A DNA stretch of 59,670 nt, filler included, from Sphacelaria rigidula (Eukaryota), in assembly GCA_964200075.2 (NCBI GenBank). It is 3 parts of 3 records of this genome, joined end to end, with 100 filler letters (N's around TTAATTAATTAA, not from the genome) between each part and the next. Parts side by side here need not be neighbours in the genome. Positions count along the whole stretch, not along the records: positions 1 to 19,828 come from CAXNAA020000604.1; positions 19,929 to 39,749 come from CAXNAA020000605.1; 1 more part is not named here. One strand, written 5' to 3'. The position numbers were made by a program, and so were the translations under genes. The notes beneath the pieces are model-generated. The model worked only from the letters and a program-made list of their open reading frames with translations. It ran no database searches and had not been told where the DNA came from. Shown here piece after piece: positions 13,292-25,390 of the stretch; positions within the stretch are counted from its first letter, which is position 1; the number at the start of each line of letters is the position of its first letter.

Positions 13292-16200
13292 TCATGAAGA
13301 GCATACATGTCGAGTGTTGTGTATTGGCGCAGCTGTGGATCGAATGGAATAAGGGACGAATCGATTCGTGTACACCCGGTGCATCTGCGTTATTGCACCC
13401 GCGTCGCTGCTCATACTGCTCTCTCGCAAATCCAGGTAGTACACAATAACCTCCCCTACGCAGCCTGTAGAATGATCACACCGCCTCATAGCTCGTCTTC
13501 GTAGAAACTCACTGTATCGCTCCCGCATCTTGACGTGGAATTGAGACTTGATCTCTTCGGAGTGTGTGAACTTGCCGAACAGGTTTTGGTCCAGAAGCTT
13601 TGCGATAACCGACAGTGCGTCGTCAAGAACGGTTCGACGATGACTGGAATCCAGGAGTACGAATACCGTCCTGCGCCGAGCCGTTTCAAGAGCCGTTTTT
13701 CCGGGCACAGAGGGAGGGACATTGGTATCTGTGATTTTATAGACAGCAGAACTCGACATCTACAGGGAAAATAAACCGCTCCACCCGAGAATATCAGCAC
13801 CCGACGATGGATACTTGAGGTGGGTATGCCACTCTGGGAGAGCCGGAGGTGACGTCACAGTTCGTATCACGTCTGCACCGAAATACCAGGGCTGAGATAT
13901 TTCGGGGCAGATGTACCTCAAGAGAACTACCAGGTGAGTCGTGTACGAAGCGGACCGGGTATATTGTCGACCCGGGGTGTGATTAGAAAGGTAACTGCAT
14001 GGCGGGAATATACATGAGCCCGGGCGAGCGCACAGCCTCGCCCGATAGATTGTAGTGACATTCGTCCACCAAAGTTTGGTGTGGCAGCCTGGGGGACGAA
14101 GTGTCAGCTACTGCTATAGCAGTATGGCACTAAAGCAGGAGCAGGATTTTCGATGTTCTGAGACGACACGGCACCTCTCGTTCTCAACCTCGATACCTCC
14201 ATACATCGGAGACTACACAAATAGTACCACGATGTCAAGCAGCGTCCAATATTTCTAAAACGTGTAACATGCCGGGGTAGGTCCAGCACTGTAGAAATAC
14301 CTGGCTTCAAGAGCACACATCCGATCCCGTAATGATCCGCTGATGTTGACTTCCTGAGGAGAGGTGGACTTTATGTACTGGTCGAGGATTCGAAGGAAAG
14401 CAGTGTACTGCTCGTCCAAGAGCGTCAGCCTCTGCCATGCGGATCACGTAGCAAGGTCAAACAGGGAGAATCAACTTCAGCACGAAGAATCAGACTGAAA
14501 AGGGGTATACGTGCTGGCAGACGTGCGTCAGAAGACAGTGCCTGTCGACACTTTACTCACGAACACAATTCGCCACGTCATGTGCAGTCCTTGGCAAAAG
14601 ACATGATGTTTTCGATTATGTGAAGAACATCCCGCTAAAAACTCCTGGACGGTGCGTTCGATGTGTTGGGGCGAGAGGAGGGGGGGCAGGTCTCCATCAT
14701 TTCGGAACCAAGAGGTTGCGACGACCACCGCGAAAATGAGGATACATGTCAGATAGGGCTACCGCAGCAAGGCAGACATTGAACACAAGACTTCTTCGTA
14801 CATTCTGTAGTTGAGAATACCGAGTATGGTTTTGTCGAGACGAGCATCTGCAAGCACCATATTTGGATTGTACGAACCTTCATTCGGGAGAAAGACACGC
14901 GACACTCAGTAGATACAGATGTTCGAACGGCTGACTGCACAAGGGCCCAAGAAGGCTGACCGACCGCTGAGCCACCGGAGGGACCTTCTCGAGAAAGTTC
15001 TCTGTACTCTAGGGGCCATACTACGTTAGGGAGAAAAGAGGGTGTGGTTTGCCTATGAAGTGAAGGCCAAAGACTTGCAGGATTGGGTCACTGCCACCAA
15101 CGGCTATTCAGAACGGAGCCAGCCTTTCCCGTTTTGTGTGGACAACTGATGCGCAAAATTTACCTTAAATAAATGATACGTCAAGCATTCTACTACATTC
15201 TAAAATGTGGGAAAAGCCCGCTCCGTTGAAAATGGGGCCAATAACGTGGGCATGTCACGACAGAGGCGGAGGAATTCGGGGGAACATGGCCACGCGACAA
15301 CTCCGCCAATCGAATCTAAACTACGAGCGGGAAGCTTCTCCGCTGACGACCCACAAGGAGAGCTGCTGCATTAGTATAAAAACAACAAAAGTCCACAGAA
15401 AAAAACACCAAGAAAGTGGGATTCGCTTCGTCCGTGAGCAGGGATGACGGTCGGGTAAGGAGTAGACAGGCGTTGATACTCAGTGCTGTCGTTGTTGCGG
15501 TCTGCACCTGGCATGTAACCGCAGCTCTCGTCTTTTTCTCGTGTTCTCTTTCATTTCCCCCTGCTGTTTCGCGTGTGTTGCATTCGTCCCTGAGAGTTTC
15601 TGCCAAACAATGGGGTTTCCACATAGCCGAGTCGCAACCTGATCCCACGGCTTTGATTTTTTCACGAGTTATCATCCGCAGCCCTGCCGGGGGCCTGTCG
15701 AAATTTCTCTCGCAACCAGTCTCAGTCCGGGGCTACTGAAGTTCCTCTCTCGTCTTGCTTTCGTTTCACCGTAATCTTGCTTTTTACATCTCTTATTCGT
15801 TTTGTCTGCCTTCTGCTTGAGCTCTGCTTGGCAAGCGTTCCCGTATGTTTATCTTGGGTGCATATACATGGTGACCGCGCCTAGGCTCGCCGCACATCAG
15901 TTTATGCGGGACGCATAGTTAGCGAAACAATCCCGATATCAAGGGGAGGCACTCTCAAAACATTCGCACTGTCGAGTAGGGAAAAGAATACCGCACGGGA
16001 ATCTTCTGCTTCATACTTCCCTGGGTATCTTCCAACTACATGGAGACATGAACTAGAAGTCGCAAAATCACGTTGTACGGCAAAAAAATGGACCGTGGCA
16101 CATACCTGATATCGCACCGTCTCGAGGATGAACTCCCAGCTTTCCATGCAGAGATGCTTTTGGCAGTAGTTCTCAAAAATCTGACCGATTTCCCCATTGG

Positions 16201-18433
16201 AATATCTTCGGGCCAGAGTGAGAACACCATTCACTCCTGTAAGCTGCGTTTCCCATATATCTTCTACGGGTTGGAAACTGCCCTCTGTGCCCAGCTGCAC
16301 GCTGTCCACAGGGGCACACCAGGGCCACCCGTCAAATTGGGACATGGGGATCAGCATACTCCACACAAAACTGTTGACTACTTTGCTCAATACGAGGATC
16401 TCTTCCATCGCATGTAACGGTGTGGAGTGGGGTATGACACCCCTGCGCAAGAGACCTTGCACCAGGAATTCCGTGATTGACACGCTGACTCCAACGGCGA
16501 CAACCATGACGAGCTCGCGCCCGATCTTGAAGGCGTCGTCCACTTGCAGCATGAGATACGTCAGGATCACCGTGGGAATTGCGGTGGCCACGAGGGCCGG
16601 AAGGAATACGACATCCTCCTCCCAAAAGAAGCAGCCGAACTTGTTGCTGTATCCATGTGAAGTAATTTCCCACAAGAGCCGCGGGAGCAGACAAATCCCA
16701 GCGCACGAAACAAGCGTAGCAACCAACAGTCGGTGTCGTCAGAGTCAACGTCTCAGGAGAGCATTCTGAGGGGGTCGAGCTTTACTTCATTGATATAAAA
16801 TTCATTGCGGCAATACTTTGGGTATCTGTGCAACGCTGAACATCGGTGAAATGGAACGATCTTTGAAGTTCGAAGCCTTCGACAGACACCTGGTTGTACA
16901 CTGCACCCCCAAAAGAAGGAAATGTCGTGGAGTTCTCCCACCAAAAAAGGGAAAGACAACCACACCTCCAACGAATTCGAGGCTTGCTTTGGAAGTCAGA
17001 CTCGTTTTACATAGATCGTGAGGTTACTTTCCGAAGTCGAGTCCATCAGGTCAGGCGATACATCATATCCTCGAATGACTCGTAATACTATAATATGATC
17101 AAATTTTCCTAGTTTTCGTTTTTCCCGAATGAACCGTATGACTCGAATCAAACTCGTCCTACTCTGCCAAAATTCATCTGTCACATGGCTCAAGTCCATC
17201 AGTCGTACGAATGCCCCGTGACTAGTCGCATGACCGAATTGGACCCTGCCCCCATTCTTCAGAACAGACACAGAAGAGACACAATGTCTGAGTGCTCTGC
17301 GGGTGAGATCGCACACATGGGGGATCCGGGATGATCACACAAACGAAGGCTGGGGCCCTTACTGGTGGGAACAAAATCTCGTTAAAACTCTTCGAATCGG
17401 ACAACATGAAACGAAATGAGAAAAAACGCACGGCTGATACACAAAACACGGTAAGTGAATGGCCCTTGTATATGTTTCTTGAAAGAAATTAGTGCGCCAA
17501 TCTTGTGTTTGCCCATCTTTAAAGTTTTTGCACTAATGCTTTGACGGAATTCTCCGTGTTCCGAGTCAGGATTGTGGAAAACTGAGAAACAGCCTCCGTT
17601 CCAGCGGTCCGGAAAGAACTCATCTCTTTGTCTTGACAAATACCACGTTACTCGTCGATACGCCCCATTTAATCGTCATAACAGAGTCGGTGTTGTCCAA
17701 AAAATTCCGAATGACACGCATGAGTCGAACTAGATTCGTCTTTCATTTTCCCAGACGAATCGATCAGGTACGACTACGCAGTCGTTGGACCTGCGCAGGC
17801 CGCCCATATCAACAACTAACTGTCAATAGAACCATGATCACAGGCGCGTTGGAGGTGTCTCCTGCGTAAGGACCATCTGCAGTACCACGCGTGTCTGCGT
17901 ATACTGTGCATTCGTATACACAATATCGTTTCCCACGCGCTAGCCGCACTTAACCTTCTCACGCAGTGACCGCACGACAATCAACGCACTCTCGCGCTCG
18001 ATAGACAGGAGCTTGACTTACACCCAACGCGCCGTTTATCTGGGGTCTTCATCGAGGTAGAGCGCGTATTGCTGCCCGTAACCCACGCACGCTCAACCAT
18101 TCACCACTCCCTGTCCAGGCGAACGGAACTTCAAGCAGGTATTTCGTTTCACCATACGCCGTATACTTGAAGCACACACTGTTTTCGCATACCTTATGGC
18201 TGCACTACTACTCCACAGTAGCTGGCCGACCCATACTCACGTTCCATAGCGCTCGGGAACATCATAGAAGACGAACGTAGCGAAGCCGAGAATGATGACC
18301 GTGGCCACAGCCCACACTTTCATTAGAGTGTTCCACTTCACGTATCGAGAATACTCTTGCCGATACGCAGGGTCGTACACCACCACGAGACGTACGGCCC
18401 GTAGCATGTACGGTATGATGAAGAACGGGTAAA
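13292..18433 (-). CDS. 7TM-RGS protein (multi-pass membrane domain fused to a C-terminal RGS domain), 5'-incomplete, 4 exons recovered
   Basis: Minus-strand exons 18433-18241, 16646-16106, 14431-14301 and 13670-13292 have cag/gt boundaries with matching phases (~413 aa). TM segments include YPFFIIPYMLRAVRLVVVY, VWAVATVIILGFATFVFY and FLPALVATAIPTVILTYLML-QVDDAFKIGREL. RGS motifs: IFENYCQKHLCMESWEF, ILDQYIKSTSPQEVNISGSLRDRM, LDDALSVIAKLLDQNLFGKF. The first TM helices were not found and are probably in or beyond the gap at 19829. The exact 3' end is less certain. Confidence 0.88.
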
Positions 18434-18972
18434 CTGCGGGTGAAGGCATGTGTGAAGGCCGAGTGAAAGCAGTCAACAGACGGATAGGGATCGGTTGCAA
18501 TGGTTCGTGTTAATGAAAAACTGCCGAGACCCCATTTGCTCAACTGCTGAGATTGCAGGCATTAAAACGTAGTTCTCTGTCCCATTTGAATGCTGAAGGC
18601 ATATATATATATATATATGTATGCACGCGAACTGAGTCATGGAACCTGAAGCGGTGTCAGGAATGTTCCCATAGGGGCAATCCTGACGGTTTTTCAACGT
18701 GTGTTCTCAGCAGGCGCTTGTTCAAGTTGTACCAACACACAGCAGACGTGGGTCGTGCGAACTGTAGCGACTCTTCGGTTTCGCAGCTCGGTTAGGACAC
18801 CCGTCTACTGCAGTCCTGACTCAGACACGAGTCTATTTTGCCTATACATTCACCGCACATATGTGCGGAAGTGGGTACATGCAGTGATCATGGAGAGCAA
18901 TGCTCATGGACAGTGACTTAGTCCCAGTAGTGTCATACTCCACTACAGTATTGCAGCCGCGATTGCCTGCTA

Positions 18973-19004
<32 letters not shown>

Positions 19005-19019
19005 CACATGACATACTAC

Positions 19020-19260
19020 TGGCGCGCGGTCTGATGGCAATCGTACAACTGACACCACTAGGGTGGCAAGGATGTGGGTTCTATTTCCGTCAGATGCGCC
19101 TGGGTTTTTTATTCGAAGTATCTGATTTTCGTCGTTAAACGCGTGAGGATATGAGTAGTTAAAAATGTTCGGCTGAGGTTGTTTGACGAGAGTGGACGCC
19201 GTGCAGGAGTGCTGATGGTCATGACCCAATCCGCGAGACTAAAACGCAAGGCGTGTACCT
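19020..19260 (+). mobile_element. tRNA-derived SINE copy (degenerate)
   Basis: Homologous to 55890-56190 (ggtctgatgg...gggttctatttcc...cgaagtatctg...gacgagag...gtgctgatggtcatgacccaa). Confidence 0.65.
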
Positions 19261-19828
19261 GGGGGGGGGTACTCATAATCTCGCATGCCATAGTTATACG
19301 ATCATTGACCTCGTATTCCTACAAAGCCGGGACGGACCACACCGGTTTTCGCCGAACCAGGCTCGCAATCAATCACCAAGCGCAAAGCGCCGTGGTGTGC
19401 TCGGCGAGTCGTGAGCTGGATCCTGTCAACATTTTTCGGCCCAAAGCGTACTGATTGTCTTGCATTTGGATGGCAGCCTATAATGAGTTGCTTTATTCTC
19501 TGGTACCGCCACTTCCAGAGACAGCCACGCGCTGCACACTGCCTCATGGGTCTCACCATTCAAACACTACGTAGGACGATCATCACCTTTGCCCAGAGTT
19601 AAGGTTCTCCCACGCCGCACGATATGATCTAGCTCGACCGCCATCTTGGTTACCGCAAAGAAAACGTAAGCGTGCGAACAGATCGGTAATTTGGTTCCTA
19701 GCTTACGCAATGAAAGGCGTATTCTACACCGTCATTTACCAACCGACGCCTAACCCATAGAGGGAGGGGGGGATGTACTCATGATCATACATGCCATAGT
19801 CGTAAGACCATTGACCTCGCATCCCTAC

Positions 19829-19928
19829 NNNNNNNNNNNNNNNNNNNNNNNNNNNNNNNNNNNNNNNNNNNNTTAATTAATTAANNNNNNNNNNNNNNNN
19901 NNNNNNNNNNNNNNNNNNNNNNNNNNNN
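19829..19928. other. Assembly linker N44-TTAATTAATTAA-N44
   Basis: Exactly 100 nt with stop codons in all six frames, consistent with an artificial contig join. Confidence 0.97.
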
Positions 19929-19936
19929 AAACCAGC

Positions 19937-20500
19937 CCTCGCGTCAGTGAGTCGGTGTCCTATCGTTTCTGTACGCATCATCAGGTGTGTCACCACTGAC
20001 GACCTCCATGATGCCGACTGGTTTCATACACCGGCGGTAACTCTTTCGCGCACAGCAAGTTAGGTTTGTGTTGGGTTACGAAACCCCCTCCTTGAGGCGC
20101 TTGTATGGGGCTTGTTTCTGAAACCAGGTACGGCATGCCGAAGAACAAGATCCTTCATGACAGTCAAGTCTTCGCGCGGAGATTTGAACCAGAGCTCAAA
20201 TCATCGCCAAAGTGCGTTTGTTCGTGGTTTCTGAAACTATTCCTCGCGTAAGCGAGTCGGTGTCCTATCGTTTCTGTATGCATCAACAGGTGTCACCCTT
20301 GACAACACAACCACCATAATGCCGACTGACTGCATTCATATACCGGCGGTAAATCTTTTGTATACAGCAAGTTAGGTTTGTGTTGGGTTACGAACCCCCC
20401 CCCCTTGAGGCGCTTGTTTGGGGCTGGTTTCTGAACCAGGCCCGGCATGCCAGAGAATGATATCCTCCATGACAGCCAACGCTTCGCGCGAAGATCTGAA
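19937..20500. repeat. Tandem duplication of a ~305-bp unit
   Basis: cctcgcgt...gagtcggtgtcctatcgtttctgta...cagcaagttaggtttgtgttgggttacgaa... occurs at ~19937 and ~20242 with scattered differences. Confidence 0.85.
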
Positions 20501-22087
20501 CCCTTATTGATGCCACTGGTCGTGGCAACAACAATAATGCAGTAGCATCATGTCATGCATGCGCGCGTGTATCAATCCGTCATGAAAATCCGATATTTTT
20601 CTCCGACGCCGACATCGAGCAATGACATACGTACAACAAACCGAAAAGTTGTGAATGATCGTGATCTGATATTCAACAGACACATCTTGGTACATCTTGC
20701 CTTGGATGGTTCCTCCACAGCTAGTCGTGTTCATTGTTTGCCTAGCCCTTTCGTGTGACGTAGGTCGTGAACTTTAAAAGGTATCGCACGGCGCTCTCCC
20801 TCAGACTTCGTCTCCATAGCCCGCCTTTACCCATACGTTTCTGCATCTGCAGGACAAAGAGGGTGGGATAGATAGATGGTGCCCATGATGATAGATAATA
20901 TCAGACGTCGCTCGCTACTAGCTGCCTATGTTGTTTTTTGGCCGGTATGAACATGCATGCAGAGCACTCGTCGCGCCTGTATTTGAGTGTCTCATTATTT
21001 CTCCCGAAATTGGAACATGCGTGGGCGCATGCCCCTTAAGTGCGCAACACTAAGCTCCTCTTATTGCACAACAACACTCGATGTGTCGGCGTGTTTAAAG
21101 GACTCCGACGCAGTCTGGTAGGATTTTGATATCGCCGCCTTACATAATCATAATCAAGGCGCTCCTGGTTGGACGTCAAAAGGATGTGAACGACGGCTTC
21201 TTATGTATGAATGGTTGGTGAGGAAACCCAAGTCCATCGCGGTCTTGTGTTAACAATTGGTCGGCACCACACGCGGAGAACTTCTTTCGGAGGACATTCC
21301 CCCAGAGTTGCTCATTTCGAGTGGACTATGTCATTTCGTGCTCACGTCATACAGCCTCGATCGTTTAGGTGATGTCGTCCGCGATTGTTTTTCTCAGCGT
21401 GGAATTTGAGACAAATGCGATGTTCCAGAAACGTGACGTGTCATGGGTACAGCATCATGTTTACTCCTACTTCACCACACAGATATCGTGCCGCCACCGG
21501 CAAGCTCTCCTAGCGCTGCTCACGGCAAGCAAATCGTTTTCAGTGTACTCTCACCTCTCGACCGTCAACCCCTTTGCCACGCGGGAGACGATCTTCCGGC
21601 GACCCGGGAGGCACGCTCAAGGACAAGCTTAGGAATCCCAAACCGATCATTTGTCGAGCTGCGCAGATATGGACCATCGAGTCAGGTTTCTTTCCATCGC
21701 TGTTCGAGGCAGGTGTTGCAACTTGTGGAAGGTTGACATCCGGGTGTTCGTTTAACAGGCATGGAAACTGCATCCTTACTTGCACTGACGCGCTGTGACC
21801 GAGGACAATAGGCTTCGGGCAGACAACGGTAACTACTCGGCCGATGGCGTAACATCCTGTGGTGACCTCGTGTTCCCTCCCATTCGCGAAGAAGCTGTAT
21901 CATTCCATGTCTACTTCACGCGGTGTGTCTGTCCTTTGTCCCATACTATCCGCTGGGCTGGAATAAGTGGAGACAGGGTGGTCGGGTTACTGACCCCATG
22001 CAGGTGATGAAAATCTATAGTACTTTAGTCGGGTGCGATATCATCCTACACTCTTATTTAATATGAGCAAGAGTTTAGGGGTTTTGA

Positions 22088-22289
22088 CCCTCAGACCGCG
22101 AGGTTAGTCTTTCTGGATCATGTATATTTTTTTTCACTTGAAATTGATGCCGAGTCCACAGAAGACTAACGTCGCGGTCTAAGGGTTAACCCGTAGACTG
22201 CGAGGAGGGTAGTCCATCCGGATCACAAACAGTTTTTTCAAGTGAAGTTGATGCCGATTCCGCAGGTAACCTATCGTCGCAGTCAAGGG
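22088..22289. mobile_element. Tandem pair of ~98-bp piggyBac-type mini-MITEs
   Basis: TTGA|CCCTCAGACCGCG...CGCGGTCTAAGGG|TTAA|CCCGTAGACTGCG...CGCAGTCAAGGG. Confidence 0.75.
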
Positions 22290-22697
22290 GACAACAGCTG
22301 ACAGGTTCCGAAATATCCGAATCTGCCATGCAGAATATATGGTCATCGTGATCACAACCGGTAATGACTGTCCGTTTGGTATGTAAAGCAAGTTGTGCCG
22401 CGAGGAGCGTCCATGAGTTCTCGGAGTTACCGTTCGCCAGGTCATTTTCGCATCAGTCACTTGCGCATAACACAAACGCTAACGCCGACGCTGCAACGAT
22501 CTCGCGATGGGGAGGAAGCCAGCTGAATTGAGACGAGGACACGCTTGTGCGGTGAGCATAGGGGGGTCGCGGTTCATGTCTGGCCATACATTCTGTAAAA
22601 AACAGCGCAAGTGCGGTCAATAGCACATTAGTAACCGTCACCATATCAAACAGCATAGCGAAGATGTCCCTGCAATGCCATTCGGCTTGGGTGTTGA

Positions 22698-22896
22698 CCC
22701 TTAGACCGCGAAATTAGTCTTTCTGGATCATGCATATGTTTTTTCACTTGAAATTGATTCCGATTCAACAGAAGACTAACCTCGCGGTCTAAGGGTTACC
22801 CCTTGAACGGCGGGAGTAGGTCATGTGTTGAATGGTGGAAATTTCACTTGAAAACCCCATGCATGACCCAGATGGACTACCCTCGCGGTCCAAGGG
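22698..22896. mobile_element. Second tandem pair of piggyBac-type mini-MITEs
   Basis: TTGA|CCCTTAGACCGCG...CGCGGTCTAAGGG|TTAC|CCCTTG...CGCGGTCCAAGGG. The second unit is inverted relative to its counterpart in the first pair. Confidence 0.75.
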
Positions 22897-23035
22897 TCGA
22901 CAGATATATCTCAAATCGGGGAGACCGCGACTTTCCACCGACGTTTCGCAAAACTCGGCAGAAAAATCGTTCTGAAATCGCGACACCCCGATTAGGCCCA
23001 GATCGGAGTCGACAAAATTTTGATAATAAGTAGCC

Positions 23036-23180
23036 GGTCACCCCGGTGGCTCAGTTGGTAGCTTCGAAACTCTCTGACAGTTGGGTCGTGGGTTAATGTT
23101 TCTGAGCGATCTCGGATTGTTTCTCACACCATGCCCAACAACAGTGGAGAGCGACCATGTCGTGGGTACCCAAAGTTCGA
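23036..23180 (+). mobile_element. tRNA-like SINE head (different family, degenerate)
   Basis: Box A GTGGCTCAGTTGGTAG followed by a degenerate box B region (gtcgtgggttaatgtttc). Confidence 0.45.
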
Positions 23181-23185
23181 GTTAA

Positions 23186-23283
23186 CCCTCAGACCGCGAG
23201 GTTAGTCTTCTGTTGAATCGGCATCAATTTCCAGTGAAAACAAGTATGCATGATCCAGAAAGACTAATCTCGCGGTCTAAGGG
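23186..23283 (-). mobile_element. 98-bp piggyBac-type mini-MITE
   Basis: TTAA|CCCTCAGACCGCGAGGTTAGTCTT...AAGACTAATCTCGCGGTCTAAGGG|TTAA, with a perfect TTAA TSD and CCC termini. Confidence 0.85.
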
Positions 23284-23287
23284 TTAA

Positions 23288-23617
23288 GAAACCGATTGAC
23301 TGCTGAGCTGAACAGCCAGCGCGCGCTGGCGGTTTAGCTCAGCAGTCAATCGGTTTTTTAACAAAAGCTACGTTCGGTGGGCCCGTCGCATGACCCCGAG
23401 TGCCCACACCCCAGGGTTGCTATCCCTGTAACCAACACTGTTCAGTTCAACCGGTAGACTTCGACTGCACCCGGTGCTCAACATCGAATTCAAATGCTCA
23501 GTCGTTTTCCGTTTCTTCCGACCGCACCCTGACGAACTTAGCTTTTGTTATGAAACCGATTGACTGTTGAGCAAAACAGCAAGCGTTGGCTGTTTAGCTC
23601 AGCAGTCAATCGGTTTC
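23288..23617. mobile_element. Composite element with ~70-bp terminal hairpins and an inverted-repeat core
   Basis: Hairpin 23288-23357, then TTAA, core 23362-23547 (caaaagctacgttcg...cgaacttagcttttg), TTAT, hairpin 23552-23617, TTGA. Confidence 0.7.
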
Positions 23618-25009
23618 TTGACAGTATACCACGTTGCAAATCATGTGCAGGCTGCGTGATGTTTCAGACTATGGTGCCTTCACGGGTGCGTCAGAAAACC
23701 TGGCGCATGTGCAAGGCATCTTGTGCATGTACAAGGCACGCCAAGCGTAAAAACATCGGCATAAAACATAACCCCAAATCTTTAGGGAAATATCAGAGGT
23801 GCTGGACGTCCATCTTTCGAATAAATAAGCCGGACCGTGGAGTAGGTGCGAGTGGGTGCCAGAAATAAGGGAAATGCGCAACATCGGTTGTGAAGAGCGA
23901 ATACTGTATATCTGTATAAGTCATCGGCTATAACCCGCTCATGCGGCACAGCCAGCTGCCTGGCGCTTTACAGTGTATCTCTCATCACATTGATGGAGCC
24001 GCACTAGCGACGCAGGGAGCCTGCGGTGGTGCGGAGCGCTGTACAAGCAGAAACGCAGCAGCCGCCATCAGTATACAGCAAGAGTAGCCGAAGGAGTTTC
24101 ACTTTGTTTTGGTTCACAAGCAACCGAGTGCTCTCGTAGTGCGGACGGACATTTATTTCATCAGCTATCTGACTCTTTCCAGATTCCCGCGCCGGTCCCA
24201 CCTTGCTATCCACCACATTCATGTTCTTAACCATCTGAGAAAATAGGTAGCGTGGACGAATCAGAAACGAGCAAATTTGATTCCACCTCAAGTTTTTACA
24301 CGAAAGAAATTTGATAAGACACGGCTGTGTATTAATAAAATTGGTTTCGACCCGAAAACGTACGGTGGAATCGAATTCGCTCCTTTCTGATTCTGCGACG
24401 TAATCGCTAGCAAAGCAAGGCCACGACCCAAGATGGGAAAGTATGTGGCTTGCTGATCCTGTTTTCGGCTCGTGACTCAAACCGTATGTTCTTCTCTCCC
24501 AATACAAGAGCCAGCTGTTTAAGTTGGAACAGCCCCACAGCCAGCAAACAAGTACAATGGTAATGGAGGGTGATAGTACAGCACAGCTAAGACTCACGTC
24601 AATAAGGCTGTGGACTCGCGACGCTGAAGACAGGAGATCGGTGGGCAGCTGATGAGCAAAGCTCTTCCTTCTATCCAATTAGGCCTGAAGACTGTTGTCG
24701 GGGTTTCCGAGTGGGACAGTGGGGTAGGGCAGCTGCCCATATATCCGTCTGCCCTGCTTACAATCTTGTCATAATACAAAATCACCGTGACGCGCCAAAC
24801 CTTTTGGGAATCAAGGCTGTAATAGCGACAGGTACACGACCAATAGGGTACAATCCTTTTGCCTTCAACCCGAAACAATTATACAGGGAATCGAATCCTG
24901 CCTTACAAACACACATTCGACTAGATTCCTACCATACCCGCTGGTCGTTTCTGGGGACCATCTGCATATCCACAAGGAACTAGTTTTAATTCAATGCCTC
25001 AGTCATATA

Positions 25010-25390
25010 CCATCACACGAGAAAGCGATGGCTATACTAGGAGATAGATGGTGCCCGCAGACGGTGAATCAGGGTAGGAATGAGATACGTAAAAGTTTTT
25101 TTGAAATTTATGGAAAAAAGGTAATGAGTGCTCAAATGTTGGAGGTATCTCTATTAGGATTAGGAACGGTGCTCCGTCTCGCAAAGGATGCGTGGTCAAT
25201 AGTCAAATGACTAAAGCTATCAACGAATGAGTCCCCCCGCCCCCCACAACCTGTTGGTGGCTGCTGCACTATGTTTGGATAAACAAAGGCGGCCATGGTC
25301 TTAATTATTGCCGGCAAGTAGAACATCGCGGCTGCCACAACACCGCTCATAGCTCATTCTAGCACGTGCAGGATATCAGCACTATCGGCA
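25010..25390 (+). mobile_element. 5'-truncated LINE-like 3' fragment
   Basis: Frameshifted peptide ILGDRWCPQT.../NVGGISIRIRNGAPSRKGCVVNSQMTKA*, followed by a 3'UTR-like tail. It resembles a retroelement C-terminus recalled from brown algal genomes (not searched). Confidence 0.55.

Noticed and set aside
18434..18543. Apparent +1 frameshift at the 5' end of the 7TM-RGS exon (…HAFT / AVYPFF…)
   Set aside because: It is better explained by a strong acceptor (pyrimidine tract, then cgcag) with the exon starting at 18433.
19873..19884. TTAATTAATTAA motif (also 39794-39805) as a biological site
   Set aside because: It is centred in exactly 44+44 Ns, as expected of an artificial six-frame-stop linker.
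23036..23110. Functional tRNA gene (also ~55895 and ~24885)
   Set aside because: Only box A/B-like motifs are present; no complete acceptor, anticodon or T stems could be formed.
21540..24690. Candidate minus-strand exons (~21555-21895, ~22590, ~24598-24684) as the missing 5' part of 7TM-RGS
   Set aside because: Splice-like signals exist, but the translations lack convincing TM1/TM2 features, phases could not be chained, and they lie across an artificial gap.
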